DNA of 64,000 nt, from the NCBI GenBank assembly GCA_964016885.1, contig OZ024745.1, positions 85,498,001 to 85,562,000 on the forward strand. Reading direction: 5' to 3'. This DNA is from Eledone cirrhosa. Taxonomy: Eukaryota. The position numbers and the translations under genes were made by a program. Below are positions 10,518-27,059 of this stretch, piece after piece. Under the pieces are notes generated by a model. The model ran no database searches. It saw only the letters and a program-made list of their open reading frames with translations, and was not told the DNA's origin. How positions within the stretch are numbered: the stretch's first letter is position 1; each line of letters begins with the position of its first letter.

Positions 10518-12655
10518 ATAAAACAATTAATAGATAAATGTGACTCTTTTATAAGGAGAATCAGGTGGCGAGCATTCCACTTTGATAAATCTAATATAAA
10601 TGAAAATGTCTCGGACTTTAACAAAGTTTTCAAATCTAAAAGAAATCCACCCCCTAACAAACTTTTATCTGATTTTGAAAACGATATAATTTCTATCATA
10701 CAAGGGGTCAAATTCAAGAGAAACTTCAAAGGCCAGGAATATCTGAAAGGCATTAAGGATAATATTGAGATCTTAGAGAAAACTGAGAAGATCTTGGTGA
10801 AATCTGACAAGACCAACAACCTCTATGGAGTGCAGAAAGACATGTATAATGGCCTCATACTGAAGGAACTGAGGAAAAAGTATAAGGTAGCAGATAAGGC
10901 CGAGCTTGAGATAATGAATGTTGAAGCATCTTGTATAATGCACGAGTTGGAAATTGAGAACAGAACACAACCTTTCGTGCCCAGGAAACCGAAGATCAAT
11001 ATGAAAGATCACAAAAGGTATTTTGAAAATGACTTGCCAGTTAGATTGATCGCACCATCAAAATCGGACCTGGGCAAATTAAGCAAAAACATTCTTGACA
11101 GGGTGATACAGCAAATTAAAAACTTGGATTGTTTACCTAACCTGAGCTTGTGGAAGGGAACTAGAGAGGTTGTTGAGTGGTTTAAGCAAATTAAATATAA
11201 CAATAATAATAAGTTTATTCAACTTGATATTCTTCTATTACCCATAATCTACTAAATAAGGCACTAAATTACGCATTCAAACATACAGACCTAACTAGCA
11301 ATGAAATGCACATTATATTATCGGCTAGGAAAACATTGATAGAATTTAATGACCAACTATGGACCAGAGCAGATAGAGATAGCAATTTTGACATTACTAT
11401 GGGATCATCCGACTCAGCTCAGGTAACTGACCTTGTGGGCTTATTTTTAATCAATTCGCTACATAGGAAAATACCTGATACTACCGGAGGTTTATATAGA
11501 GATGACATGCTTTTACTTATTGATAATAATAACTCTGAACTAAATAGAAAAAGAAAACAAATTACACAATTTTTTAATTACTTTAATCTAAAAATAGAAA
11601 TTGAGAACAATCATAGAATAGTCAATTTCCTAGATATAACATTAAATCTCAACACATGTCTTCACTATCCATTTCACAAGTTGAATGAAAACTTAAACTA
11701 TGTCAGCTTTAACTCTAACCACCCCAGATCTGTCAAAAACACTATAGTAAACTCTGTTCAAAAACGTATCTCTAGAATCTCGTCTAATAGAAAGATTTTC
11801 GACGAAAAAGCCCAGTACTACAATGAAGCGTTAGCTAGAGCAGGTTATAGTGATAAGATTATGTACATAGATAATGATAGACAAACTAAACAAAATAACA
11901 ACTATTTTAATTACGGCCACAACCTTAACAACTATAATAGAAAGCATTACAATAATTCCAAAAGCCAAAAAAAAAATAGAACTAGGAACATAATATGGTT
12001 TGCCCCCCCTTTCTCACTAAACATTAAAACCCACATCGCTAAACTATTTTTTAAAGCTCTTGATAATCGCTTCCCTGGAACACATAGGTATCAATCAATT
12101 TTCAATAGACATACTATAAAATTAACCTACTCATCCACCAAAAATTTAGCACAAAATATTAATAGAATAAATAATAGGAACTTAAAACCTAGCGATAATA
12201 GCATAAATAATATACAAGTTAACAAATGTAACTGTAGAGATAGATCTAAATGTCCGTTAAATAACAACTGCTTAGTTAAAAATATAATATACAACTGTAA
12301 TGTTAAAACGGACTCTAATTCTTTTAACTACGTCGGTTCCACATCGACGGAATTTAAACTTCGTTATAATAACCACAAGAATTCTTTCACAGATCCAAGC
12401 AAAAAATCTTCAACAGCACTATCAGGCGTACTCTGGCAACTTAGGCAAGATAACGTTAGATATTCGTCGGCTTGGAATATAGTCTCAAGAGGGATTCCTT
12501 TTAATTCATCATCTGAGACATGTGACCTCTGCGCGGAGGAGATATTCTTTATACTAAAATCTAAAAATTCCCTTAATCTACGGACAAATTTATTCAGTTG
12601 CTGCAAACATAGATTGAACTCAACTTTTAAATATAAATTTAAATTTAAAATGTAG
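10518..12655 (+). pseudogene. PLE reverse transcriptase plus GIY-YIG endonuclease (one frameshift, start missing)
   Basis: IRRIRWRAFHF, KSDKT, KDHK, MGSSDSAQ, GLYRDD, FLDITL, SNHP, CNCRDRSKCPLNNNC, IIY..YVG, CDLC, CCKH. About 13 nt deleted near 11230 relative to the copy at 53200. Confidence 0.92.
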
Positions 12656-13987
12656 TATATTTAGTTTGATTTGTAATTATTTGGGAAACTAGCCGATAAA
12701 TCTTTCGATTTCTTCTTTTTATTCTTCTTTTTCTTTTTATTTTTATTTTAAACATTCTTCATGAAAAATTAAACTACCCTAAAAGTTGATGCTCCAAATA
12801 TATCGAATAAACGTTACACTAGATAAACTTCTATATTAAATATAAGAACATATGTAGACCAAATGGGCATCCTAAACTTTTGAAATGATTTCTGCTAGAC
12901 GTGATTTGGTAAATAATTTTTAGCTTTATCTGTTTTCGACTCTGATGCTTATAATGAACTTGGCAATATATTGTCAATTAATTTTGAAGGGTTGATCTTT
13001 GTGGTCGATTTGCGTGGCATATTATGTTTTTATTTCTATTATTTTAATATTTTAATATTTTTAATATTTTCATTTTTAATATGTAATATTTTTTTTAGTT
13101 TTCTATTTTATTTATTTGTTTATTTTTATTTTTATTATTATTATTATTATTATTTTTTATTTTTTATTTTTGTTTCTGATATTTTTATTAATATATTGAA
13201 ATCTGTTCTCTATTTCTGCTTGATAGATAATCATGTAGAGTAAAGACAAGAATAGTATTGTTAAAATTAATATAGACTCTATATATATGTGTATATATAC
13301 ACATATATGTATACTTAAATTTTTATAGCACAATGAGAATGTTCTCCGTGTGAAATAGGGGTTTGCAGAGTTGATCACGTAAATTCACATCGATGTTTGT
13401 AGTTATCATATAAACATATGAATTTTTAAAACTAGACATAAGAACATTACTTTTCACACATTATAGATACGTGTCTCATTCAGGAATACTGATATTTACA
13501 TTATAGTGCCTAGTTTTTATACGAACTAATATATCTACATTAAAACATAGGGTTTTTAAATTATGCCTCGCCTATGTCTGGTTACTTTTCATTTTTCTCT
13601 CTATATAACGGCTGGTTTCTTTCCTAACCACATATATCTCCCTTACATTAATACTAGAGCTAAATAAATAAATAAATAAATAAATGTATCATCGATACGT
13701 CGTTCAACTTCCTACTTTTCTCTATATATATCTATCTCTATCTATTTCCTCTCTCTATATATCTCTCTCTGTTTCTTTACATGAAGTTCTTATCTTTATC
13801 TATCTTTCCATCTCTCTATTTTGTTGCATGCATTTCTTCTTTTTCTTCTTTTTCTTCGTTTTCTTTCTTTCTTTCCTTCCTTCTTTCTTTCTTTCTTTCT
13901 GTTTACAATTTTTCACTGCCAAATCAACTTTTTCAAATACAAGTCGATGTTGAACGGTATGTCAAATCTATTTATCTATAAAACTGT

Positions 13988-14068
13988 CTATATTGTATTT
14001 TGTCTGAAGAAGGCATAACATATTGTTAATATGATATCCCTGAAATATATATAATGAAATAAATATGG
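13988..14068 (+). ncRNA. Type I hammerhead ribozyme, family C
   Basis: CTGAAGA at 14004, stem II AGG...CCT, GAAA at 14042, palindromic TATATA loop III, AUA triplet, stem I TATTGTATTTTGT/ATGAAATAAATA. Confidence 0.8.
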
Positions 14069-14105
14069 TTTTATAAATATAGTTTCCATTTATTTAATAT
14101 CGTAT

Positions 14106-14236
<131 letters not shown>

Positions 14237-14453
14237 AATATATATATATATATTATATATATTATATGGAGTTGCGACCGATAGATAGTATTAGCAGTTG
14301 GAAAGACCAACGGAAACTTTGTTCCCTCGATCCGATTTGACGAAAGTCGATCGTTCCTTAAATATATAATTATATATATATTATATATATATATATAATA
14401 TATATTATATATATATAAATATAATATATAAAATATATATATATATATAAATA

Positions 14454-14503
<50 letters not shown>

Positions 14504-14551
14504 TATATAAAATATATAACATGTAATATATATAATATATATATATAATAT

Positions 14552-14627
<76 letters not shown>

Positions 14628-14682
14628 TTAAAAAATAATGAATAAAACAATGAAACAGTTCCTTATATTAAACAAAAAAAGT

Positions 14683-14835
14683 TCATTATTTAACGATCGT
14701 TTCTAGGATATATATGTGTTAGAATTGGCATGCATATTCAACAGATCTATGTACAAAATTATACAAAATTATACAAACTATCAAGATTAAATATACATAC
14801 CAAACACACATATATGCCGTCTTCAGAAATAATGA
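14683..14835 (-). ncRNA. Hammerhead ribozyme, family F (long stem II)
   Basis: Mirror copy of 21088-21240. Confidence 0.75.
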
Positions 14836-15448
14836 AATATATTTATTGATAATAACAACAATTCAAAATTTCAGGTCCGTTTGGGAACGGAGTTCAAATT
14901 GACCAATGAAAATACAAAAAATTTTATGCAGTTTGGTGTGTGTATATACATGTAATTAACTTCGTACACATATTTATACAAAGCCATATGCTCACATGCA
15001 TACGCATGCCAAAAAGATGTATGCAAATACAAAAATTCAAGGCTAATGTCTCTGTAAGTTAATATTCCACAGATAAAATGCGTATAGACACATAAATATG
15101 AAATAAATGTATACACATATTCACATACTCACACATATCCGTACACTCACACACACACGCGCGTATATGTATAAACATACACATAATTACGAACATACAT
15201 ACACACACACACCCGCACACACATATATATGTGTGGATATAGCATTATCATAAGCACATGGATATTAATGCACGCACATAAACACTGCCACACACATTTA
15301 GATCAAGATACAGAAATTAGGTGGGAGGGGGGGAGAGGTCAGTATTCAACGGTTTCGGCAGACTGCTTATTTATAGATGTATCTATAAACTTAGAAATAA
15401 AAATAAAAGAAAAGAAAAAGAAAAAAGAAAAAAGAAATATATCAAGAA

Positions 15449-17174
<1,726 letters not shown>

Positions 17175-18749
17175 ATCATACATCCTTATTTGCATGCGCA
17201 TATATGTATTTTTATACTCAGATATAAACACCCAAACATATATACACCTACCTACATATATTTTCATACATACACGCTTACAAATACAGATAATAATAGT
17301 ATGGGGGAGAAGGGGGGGGGGGGAGAAGGGGATTATAGTAAATATATGTTTCAAGAAACATAGAATATTAATCTGTATTTGGATCCCAATATATGTTTTT
17401 ACATAGTTTCAGTGTTAGGAAATGCAAGAAATAAGGCAAAATTATGCATTTCAATATAAGTATACCATTAATTATAGGTTAACTAAACTAAAGATAGTTA
17501 ACATATTGATTTCTAAGGTGTAAACTAGTTAGGTTTATAATATTTGAAGCAGAATTTTGAAGTTAAATAGTAGTAGAGTATTAATTATAGTAACTAGGTA
17601 TACATCCATCAAGAATATATTAACTAGGTATACATCCAAAACACTAAAATATTGTGTAATCATTAATTGTGAAAAACCTTTAAATATTACTAATATATAC
17701 TTAGTAATTTAATTTATAGATTAATTTTAATTTATTTAACCCTTTATTAAAATTCCTTTACAGATAAAATATAACAAAATATCGTTTATTCAATGACAGA
17801 GAAATAATTTTTAGTATTATAGACCTAATTAATATACATTTTAGAGATATATTTATAATTTGGTTTTAAATTTAGTCAACCTAAAAATTTAATTTAATTG
17901 GCTTAAAATTAGTATCCTAATACAGACGGATTGCAGAGTGTCATGTAATCATAGAATAGGATGTGTTTTGGATGTATACCTAGTTAATATATTCTTTGCA
18001 ATTTTTGAAAAAATATGTATATGTATGTATGTATGTGTATGTGTATGTATGTATATATATGTGTATATATATATATATATATGTATGTATATGTATATGT
18101 ATTAATTTTGATTTCTGTTTACATATAATTATATTCTGCTATTGATAAAATACAATATCTGTTTTATTTATTATATACCTAATTAACATATACTATAGAA
18201 ATTAATATATAATTTTTAATTTAGTTAACCTATAATTTATATTCTACTACCGATGTAATACTTTATTTGTTTTTTCCCTATTACTAAATTCATTTCCTAA
18301 TATTGATACCATAACGTTAATAATTTTAATTTAGTTATACTATAATTAATACTCTACTACTATTTAACTTCAAAATTCTGCTTCAAATATTATAAACCTA
18401 ACTAGTTTACACCTTAGAAATCAATATGTTAACTATCTTTAGTTTAGTTAACCTATAATTAATGGTATACTTATATTGAAATGCATAATTTTGCCTTATT
18501 TCTTGCATTTCCTAACACTGAAACTATGTAAAAACATATATTGGGATCCAAATACAGATTAATATTCTATGTTTCTTGAAACATATATTTACTATAATCC
18601 CCTTCTCCCCCCCTCTCCCCCATACTATTATTATCTGTATTTGTAAGCGTGTATGTATGAAAATATATGTAGGTAGGTGTATATATGTTTGGGTGTTTAT
18701 ATCTGAGTATAAAAATACATATATGCGCATGCAAATAAGGATGTATGAT

Positions 18750-18872
<123 letters not shown>

Positions 18873-19688
18873 ATATATGTATGTATGTGTGGGCGTGTAT
18901 GTGTGTGTATATATATGTGTGTATGTATGTGTGTGTATATATGTGTATGTATATGTATGTCTCTCTATATATAAGTGTATCTTCGTATCTATGTGGGTAT
19001 ATGTGTGTATGTACATATATGCACATATATATGTTTATGTGTATATGTGTGTATGTGTATGTGTGTACGTGTGCGCACATATATATGTGAGTGTGTGTGT
19101 GTGTGTGTATATATATATGTATGTCTATGTATATATATATTTGTATGTGTATATATATATATCATTTATTATTATAATATAACTTATGTGTATATATATA
19201 TATGTGAGAGTGTGTATATGTATATATATATATGTAGATATATATGTGTATGTGTGTTTTTGTGTGTGTGTATATATATGTTTATATGTGTGTATGTATG
19301 TGTTTGTATGTGTGTTTATGGTTGTATGTGTGTGTGGGTATATATATATATATGTATGTATATATATATATATATATGTGTATATGTATCTCTATTTATG
19401 TGTGTATATATGTATATGTATAAACCTTTTCCTTGTATGTCTGAGTTGTGTGAGAGTGTAGTGGTGTTTGTATGTATATACGCATATATGAATGCGTATG
19501 TATTTGTATATATGCGTATATGTAAGTGCGTATGTGTGTGTGAATATATATCTATGTCTATGTATGAGTATGTATGTGTGTGTATGTATGTGTGTGTGTA
19601 TGTATGTATGTGTGTATGTGTGTATATATATGTGTGTATATGTATGTATGTATGTGTATGTATGTATGTATATGTGTATGTATATGTG

Positions 19689-19720
<32 letters not shown>

Positions 19721-20399
19721 TATTTATTATATATGTATGTGTGTGTATGTGTGTATATATATCTTTATATATGTGTATGTGTATGTATGTGTAGGTGTGT
19801 GTGTGACTATATATGTATGTGTGTATATGTGTATGTATGTATATGTATGTGTGTGTACATGTATGTATATATATATGTATGTATATGTATATAGATATGT
19901 ATATATATGTATGTATATATATATATATGTGTATATGTATCTCTATTTATATGTGTATATGTGTATATGTATATACCTTTTTCTTTGTAAGTCTGAGTTG
20001 TGTGAGAGTGTAGTGGTGTTTGTATGTATATACGGATATATGGATGCGTATGTATTTGTATATATGCGTATATGTAAGTGCGTATGTGTGTGTGAATATA
20101 TATCTATGTCTATGTATGAGTATGTATGTGTGTGTATGTATGTGTGTGTATATGTATGTATGTATGTATGTCTGTATGTATATGTGTGTATATATATGTA
20201 TGTATGTGTATGTCTGTATGTATATAAGTATGTATGTGTATGTATATGTGCGTGTATATATATATATATGTGTGTGAATATATGTGTGTGTGTATATGTG
20301 TGTATGTATGTGTGTATATATATATATGTGTGTGTGTATGTATGTGTATATATATATGTATATGTTTATATATGTGTGTGTGTGTGTGTTGTATGTGTA

Positions 20400-20477
<78 letters not shown>

Positions 20478-21087
20478 CTTGATATATTTCTTTTTTCTTT
20501 TTTCTTTTTCTTTTCTTTTATTTTTATTTCTAAGTTTATAGATACATCTATAAATAAGCAGTCTGCCGAAACCGTTGAATACTGACCCCCCCCCCCTCCC
20601 ACCTAATTTCTGTATCTTGATCTAAATGTGTGTGGCAGTGTTTATGTGCGTGCATTAATATCCATGTGCTTATGATAATGCTATATCCACACATATATAT
20701 GTGTGTGGGGGTGTGTGTGTGTATGTATGTTCGTAATTATGTGTATGTTTATACATATACGCGCGTGTGTGTGTGAGTGTACGGATATGTGTGAGTATGT
20801 GAATATGTGTATACATTTATTTCATATTTATGTGTCTATACGCATTTTATCTGTGGATTATAAACTTACAGAGACATTAGCCTTGAATTTTTGTATTTGC
20901 ATACATCTTTTTGGCATGCGTATGCATGTGAGCATATGGCTTTGTATAAATATGTGTACGAAGTTAATTACATGTATATACACACACCAAACTGCATAAA
21001 ATTTTTTGTATTTTCATTGGTCAATTTGAACTCCGTTCCCAAACGGACCTGAAATTTTGAATTGTTGTTATTATCAATAAATATATT

Positions 21088-21240
21088 TCATTATTTCTGA
21101 AGACGGCATATATGTGTGTTTGGTATGTATATTTAATCTTGATAGTTTGTATAATTTTGTATAATTTTGTACATAGATCTGTTGAATATGCATGCCAATT
21201 CTAACACATATATATCCTAGAAACGATCGTTAAATAATGA
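21088..21240 (+). ncRNA. Hammerhead ribozyme, family F (long stem II)
   Basis: Perfect stem I TCATTATTT/AAATAATGA, CTGAAGA at 21097, GAAA at 21220, palindromic CGATCG loop, GUU triplet. Stem II spans about 116 nt. Confidence 0.78.
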
Positions 21241-21433
21241 ACTTTTTTTGTTTAATATAAGGAACTGTTTCATTGTTTTATTCATTATTTTTTTAATATT
21301 TTATCTTGACTCTGTATTCCGTTTATCTTTCACCGAAAGTGATTTTTCATTGCATCTCTTCTTTCCATGATATCCGGACTACATTGAGTTCTCCATACGG
21401 ATTGGACACTACCGTAAACTCTTGGTAGATTTA

Positions 21434-21587
<154 letters not shown>

Positions 21588-21816
21588 TATATATAATATA
21601 TATATATAAATATAAAATATATATTATATATATATATAATATATGTATATTAATATATATATATATGTATATATTATATATATATTATATAGATATATTA
21701 TATATATTATATGTTATATATGTTATATATATATATATATATACTATATATATATATATATAAATTAATAAAAATAATGATTAAAAACAAAGAAATAGTT
21801 ACTTATATTAAAAAAT

Positions 21817-21954
21817 TCATCATTTTACGATCGTTTCTAGGATATAAATGTTTATGTTTGTATGTATATCATATAGATCTATGTAAAATGTTTACAAACT
21901 ATCTGAGGGAATATACATACCTACACATATATATGCTGTCTTCAGAAAAAATGA
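21817..21954 (-). ncRNA. Hammerhead ribozyme, family F relative
   Basis: Reverse strand: TCATTTTTT CTGAAGA ... GAAA CGATCG TA AAATGATGA. Confidence 0.7.
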
Positions 21955-22691
21955 TACTTGTTTATTGAAAAAAACCAACAAAGATTTAATATAATAGGTC
22001 TGTTTGGGAACAGGTTTTGAATTGACCAATAGAAAGGTAGTAAGTGGTCAATATGGTAGAATAGTAGTAATAAAACTTTAATTTAGGGGTAGAGGAAAGC
22101 AGATTTCAGTTTTGAATGGAAAGAGTATGATGAATGAATTGATTATTTTAGGGATGAAAATAGGTCAAGTCGGTAAAAGGTACACGAAGAATTGATGTTA
22201 TAAAAGAATAATGCTAATGTAAATATCTAAGGAGAATAAAGTTTTACGATAAATGTGTTAGTGAAAAATATCAATCTTATTTAAAACATAGGGAATTTAC
22301 ATCTATAAAAGGAAATAAATTAATTAAATTGATAGGTATATTTATATTGATAAATTTATATTAATTCATATAGATATGATAAATAAGAGTTAGATTTAAC
22401 TGAAGAGTGCTGTTAAAAACGAAGGGAAAATAAAAAATAATAATAATTATTATTGGGACGGGGGGGGGTAAATTTATTAGTGAGAAATAACAAATTTATA
22501 TAGATTATAAGGAACATAGAATCATAACCTGAAATTAAAATAGTTTATATGTATACTTAGTGGTATAAATTTTAGGAAAAGATAGCTGTAAAAGGGAAAT
22601 AAAATTATGCAGTTCATTAGTAGTAGAATATTAATTATAGGTTAACTAATTTAAAAAAAGTGTTATTATAATAATTTCTAAAGTATATATT

Positions 22692-23034
22692 AATTAGGTT
22701 TATAATATTTAAAAGTTCTTCTCAGTTTATGATTACATGATATAATTAATTCCTGTCATTTATTTAATAGGATATCCTTAGATTTCATTATTTCAAAAAG
22801 TTCCTGGGAACATAATCTACATTCATATCTCTTATTTTGATAAGGGGTGGCCCTTTTGAGCACACTCCATGTCAGGTTATAATCTATATTCCTCTTTCTA
22901 TAATTATTAATTATTTCAGCTAAAGATGTTGTATTAGCTAATGCGGCATTTTTAAAACTGTGTTTGTGGGTATTAAATCTTACTTTAAATTGGTTAGAAG
23001 TAGCTCCTATATATGAATAAGTTGAGTCCTTAAA
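22692..23034 (-). pseudogene. PLE GIY-YIG endonuclease fragment (absent from the ORF track)
   Basis: Translates as SYIGATSNQFKVRFNTHKHSF...LTWSVLKRATPY...CRLCSQE...LLNK*QELIISCNHKLRRTF. Confidence 0.88.
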
Positions 23035-23166
23035 TCAAAGTTTTATTACTACTATTCTACCATATTGACCACTTACTACCTCTCTATTGGTCAATTCAAA
23101 ACCTGTTTATATTAAATCTTTGTTGGTTTTTTTCAATAAACAAATATCATTATTTCTGAAGACAGC

Positions 23167-23347
23167 GGTGGATTGGCAGTATCGGTAGAGGGTCGGACGC
23201 CATGCTTTCCAGCATAGTTACGTCCCTTTCTGATCTGAGTTCAAATCCCGCCAAGGTTGACTTTGCCTTTCATCCTTACGGGGTCGATAAAATAAAGTAC
23301 CAGTAATGCACTGGGTAATTGCTGGCCTTGTGCCTAAAGTAGAAACA
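23167..23347 (+). mobile_element. tRNA-derived CORE-type SINE (octopus-like)
   Basis: A-box TGGCAGTATCGG, B-box GAGTTCAAATCC, core GCCTTTCATCCTTACGGGGTCGATAAAATAAAGTACCAG, 18-bp TSD at 23149-23166 and 23348-23365. Confidence 0.88.
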
Positions 23348-23708
23348 ATTATTTCTGAAGACAACATATATATGTGTAGGTATTCCCTCTGATAGTTGGT
23401 AAAAATTTTACATAGATCTATATGATATACATACCAACATAAATATATATATCCTAGAAACGATCGTTTTTATTCATTATTTTTATTTATTTATTAATTT
23501 ATCTTGACTCTGTTTTCCTGTATTTTTCATCGGAAAAAAGTTTTTTGAATACATCTCTTTTCATGATATTCGGATTACATTGAGTTCTTCATACAGATTG
23601 GACACTACCGTACATTTTGGTAGATTTATCTACATATATATATATATATATATTATATTATATATAAATGTTACATATATTTATTATATATATATATATT
23701 ATATATAT

Positions 23709-23740
<32 letters not shown>

Positions 23741-23923
23741 ATATTATATATATATATATATATATTATATACATATATATATTATATACATATATATATA
23801 TGATATATATATATTATATATATATATATATATTATATATACTCTTTTACTCTTTTACTCTTTTACCTGTTTCAGCCATCCGGCTGAGGCCATGCTGGGG
23901 CACCGCCCTTGTTGCTACACATT

Positions 23924-26900
23924 TTATCTCCAACCTGTATAGGTTGGCCACTGGTGTAGGAGGGAGTTTGTTGCTGCTGCCCTTAGGTTTCCCCCGTGTC
24001 TTGCTGTGGGCTCATCCGGGATCCTGGATAACAAGGTGTCGAGATGTTTCTTAAAGACATCCACCTCCACGTCATGCAAGCCTCGCAGATGCCTCGGCAG
24101 CCTGTTGAAGAGTTGAGGGCCCTTGAATCCCAGGCTATTGCAATACCTGCTCCTTATTCTAGATGTGGAAGACGGGACCTTTGGCACCACACAGTCACGT
24201 CATGTTCGACGGTTGGTCCAGCTCCCAATGCCAAAGTTTGGTGCTAGTCCCTCCAGGATTTTCCACATGTAGATCACTGCGTATCTCTCCCGTCTTCGCT
24301 CCAAGGAGTAGAGGTTCAGTTCCTTTAGCCTCTCCCAGTAGCTTTTCTCCCTCATCTTGGCAATCCTCTTGGTGTAGCTTCGCTGGATTGCCTCAAGCTC
24401 CGTGGTTAGTTTGACACTATGGGGTGACGAAAGCTGGGGGCAGTAGTCCAGGCGGCTTAGGACAAAAGTCCTCCACAGTGTCAACATGGTGTCTCGATCT
24501 CTTGTAAGGAAAGTCCTCAAGATCCAGCCAGCGAATCGTCTACATGTTCTCGCCACCTTCATGATGTGTGAAGAAAAAGATGCATCATCGCTCATGTCTA
24601 TGCCCAGGTCTCGTATCGATTTTGACACGGGGATATCGGTCCCTCCTGGTCCTGTGTAGCTGTGTTCCGCTATATTTGCGTTTGTGTTTGCAGGTTTGTA
24701 TTGTAGGGCTTAGAATTTGCCAGCATTAAACTGCATGTTGTTTTCTTCCGCCCATCTGTATATGGCATCCAGATCCTGCTGTAAGAGGGCAGCGTCAGCC
24801 GGGTTTTTGATTGCCTGTGCTACCTTAGTGTCATCAGCATAGCTAGTGAGGGATGTTGTTGCATGCACCACAGAGGGCATGTCCGAGAGAGCCACCAAAA
24901 ACAGTAGTGGTCCCAGGACTGTCCCCTGGGGCACCCCACTTGTTATCGGTGTTTCCCTCGAGAGGGCCCCATTTGCTGCGACTGCCTGGCTTCTGTCCCT
25001 TAGGAAGCCATGCAGCCACTCACCTACTTTTCCAGTTATGCCGAGTCCATGTAATTTGTGACATATCATTCCGTGGTCGACCTTGTCAAAGGCCTTCGCA
25101 AAGTCAAGATATATCACGTCTACATGTGAGCTGTCTAGTAGTTGTCTCAGTACCCAGTCGTAGTGATGTAGCAGCTGTTTAAGGCAGCTTATTCCTGGGC
25201 GGAAGCCATGTTGCGTGCTAGTCAGGCGGTCATTTTCTTCGAGGAAAGTGATTAGTTTCTTTCTGACGACTCGCTCCATGACCTTACTGATATGCGACGT
25301 CAGGGAGACTGGCCTATAGTTATTGGCCTCCGCTCTACTACCTCCTTTATGGATAGGGCATATTGTGCCTTCTTTCAGCTCCCTGGGTAGTACACCGCTA
25401 GCCAAGGAGCTTCTGAAAAGCATCTTCAGTGGAGTTGCTAAGGCCCGCTTACATATTTTTAGGAGAACTGCTGGGAATCCATCAGGTTCAGCAGCCGAGT
25501 CTGTTCTAATTTCATCAATGGCATACACCACATCCTCCTCCGTTATGTCTATGTGGTTGATGGTTGCCATTTCTTGATGTAGTGTTGTGGCATCAAAGAA
25601 CTACTCTGGCTTCGTTATTTGCATGTGCCTCAGTGGACATGTGAAGACACTTTTGTACTGTTCGTTCAGTATTTCACATATCTCTTGGGGATTTTCGGTT
25701 AATGAACCGTCCGTGTGGAAGAGTGGTCCAATCTTGCAGTGTACTGAGGCAGTTTCTTTTGCAAATTTAAAGAAGGCGTTAGGGTTTGTTTTAATGTTTT
25801 CTATGGCCCTGTTCTCTTTCTTTGCCCTCTCATTCTCATGTGAAAGTTTGAGTGCAATCTCGGTGTTAAGTAGTGCACGTTTCAAATAGGATTCCTTCTT
25901 GTTTTGGTTTTGTTGACTATTCAACTGGTTTGAGAGTTTAGTTCTACGTCTCATAAGGATTTTCCTATCTCTGGGAATAAGATTTTTGTGTCTGTTTGCC
26001 TCTTTCTCCGGGACACACTTTTTGCATATGGTGTGTATCGTTGTCATGAAGTGTTGAAATTGTGTTAGTGTCTTGTGTGGCGATGATTTCACTCCATCTT
26101 TGCTTCCGGATTTCTCTCTTAATCTTTTTCCAGTTAGCCTTGTAGAAGTTAAGGTTGGATAGCGTCCCGGAGCTTCTTGGTGGTTTTGTCTCTGTTGGTT
26201 CTCTTGGACCACATATCATTAGCTCTACTAAGTTATGATCCGAGAGAATTGTTGGTGTCACCTTTACATTGTGGATGAGCACTTCGTTGTTTGTAAAACA
26301 GAGGTCCAGGACATTTTCGCCTCTTGTTGGGAGGAGTATTGCTTGCTCCATGAACAGCCTGTGTGTGAGGGCCAGCAGGGATTCCGTCTGTCTCTGTTCT
26401 ATTGACGTCATTCCAGGGAGGAGGTGGCCCTCAGGCCATTTGACCTTTGGTAGGTTGAAGTCTCCCAGCAGTAGGATGTTGAGACCCTGGTCCAGTTTGT
26501 CAAGGACCTCTTCTATCCTACTTAGGCTATCCTCAAATTTACCCTCATGACTGGGGGCATCGGGCGGCCGATATGTGACACATATTACCGTCTGTAGTTG
26601 CTTCATATGTATTATCAGTGTGTCACAGACTGAGTTTGAATGTGTCAACAGTACAATTGGTGTGACATCTTCACGGATATACAGAGCAACCCCACCATGA
26701 GTTCTCTCCTTCCTGTCCGAACGAAATACAGTATATTTCGGTATATGTATTTCTGCATCTGCTATACTACTTGTCAGGTGCGTTTCGGTTAGTGCCATGC
26801 ATAGTGCTTGATTGCTTATGGCTAAGTCTCCCAGGTAGGAAATTTTACTCATGTTGCTGAGTTTCACCAGGCCCCTGACATTCAGCAGCAGCACTGGTGT

Positions 26901-26963
26901 GACTTTTGGGGTGCCAGTTATGGCTGTCGGTATGACACCTGGTCTGGTGTCAGCGGCGGCCAC
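23924..26963 (-). pseudogene. LINE ORF2, APE endonuclease plus reverse transcriptase
   Basis: LNVRGL, LTETHL, GGVALY, YRPP, GDFNLP, SDH; YLDFAKAFDKVDH, GVPQGTVLGPLLF, YADD, LERRRER. Stops at 25601 and 24710; frameshifts near 26070 and 24200. Confidence 0.93.
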
Positions 26964-27059
26964 TCTGGGTCCCTTAACTGCGGTGGTCGCGAGTGCTGGT
27001 GTGGATGACCCTGGCTCTGGAGACGATGCAGCCAGGTCAGCTGTCCCACAATCTTCTCT

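Larger units (their letters stand above)
10421..14103 (+). mobile_element. PLE family C, near full-length
   Basis: Inverted tail 10421-10516, RT-EN ORF to 12655, AT-rich 3' UTR, pLTR with HHR ending at 14103, (TA)n on both sides. Confidence 0.92.
21760..23630 (-). mobile_element. PLE family F relative, 5'-truncated with inverted 5' arm
   Basis: EN fragment on the minus strand, HHR at 21817-21954, inverted arm 23037-23630 ending in the same tail as 21304-21437. Confidence 0.88.

Noticed and set aside
22756-22758. In-frame TGA in the family F endonuclease as possible selenocysteine
   Set aside because: It aligns to K or R in sister families (LLNKK, LLNRK), not to Cys; a simple nonsense change is more likely.
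23167-23255. tRNA gene
   Set aside because: The A and B boxes belong to a SINE head; no cloverleaf, and the CORE-like domain and TSDs follow.
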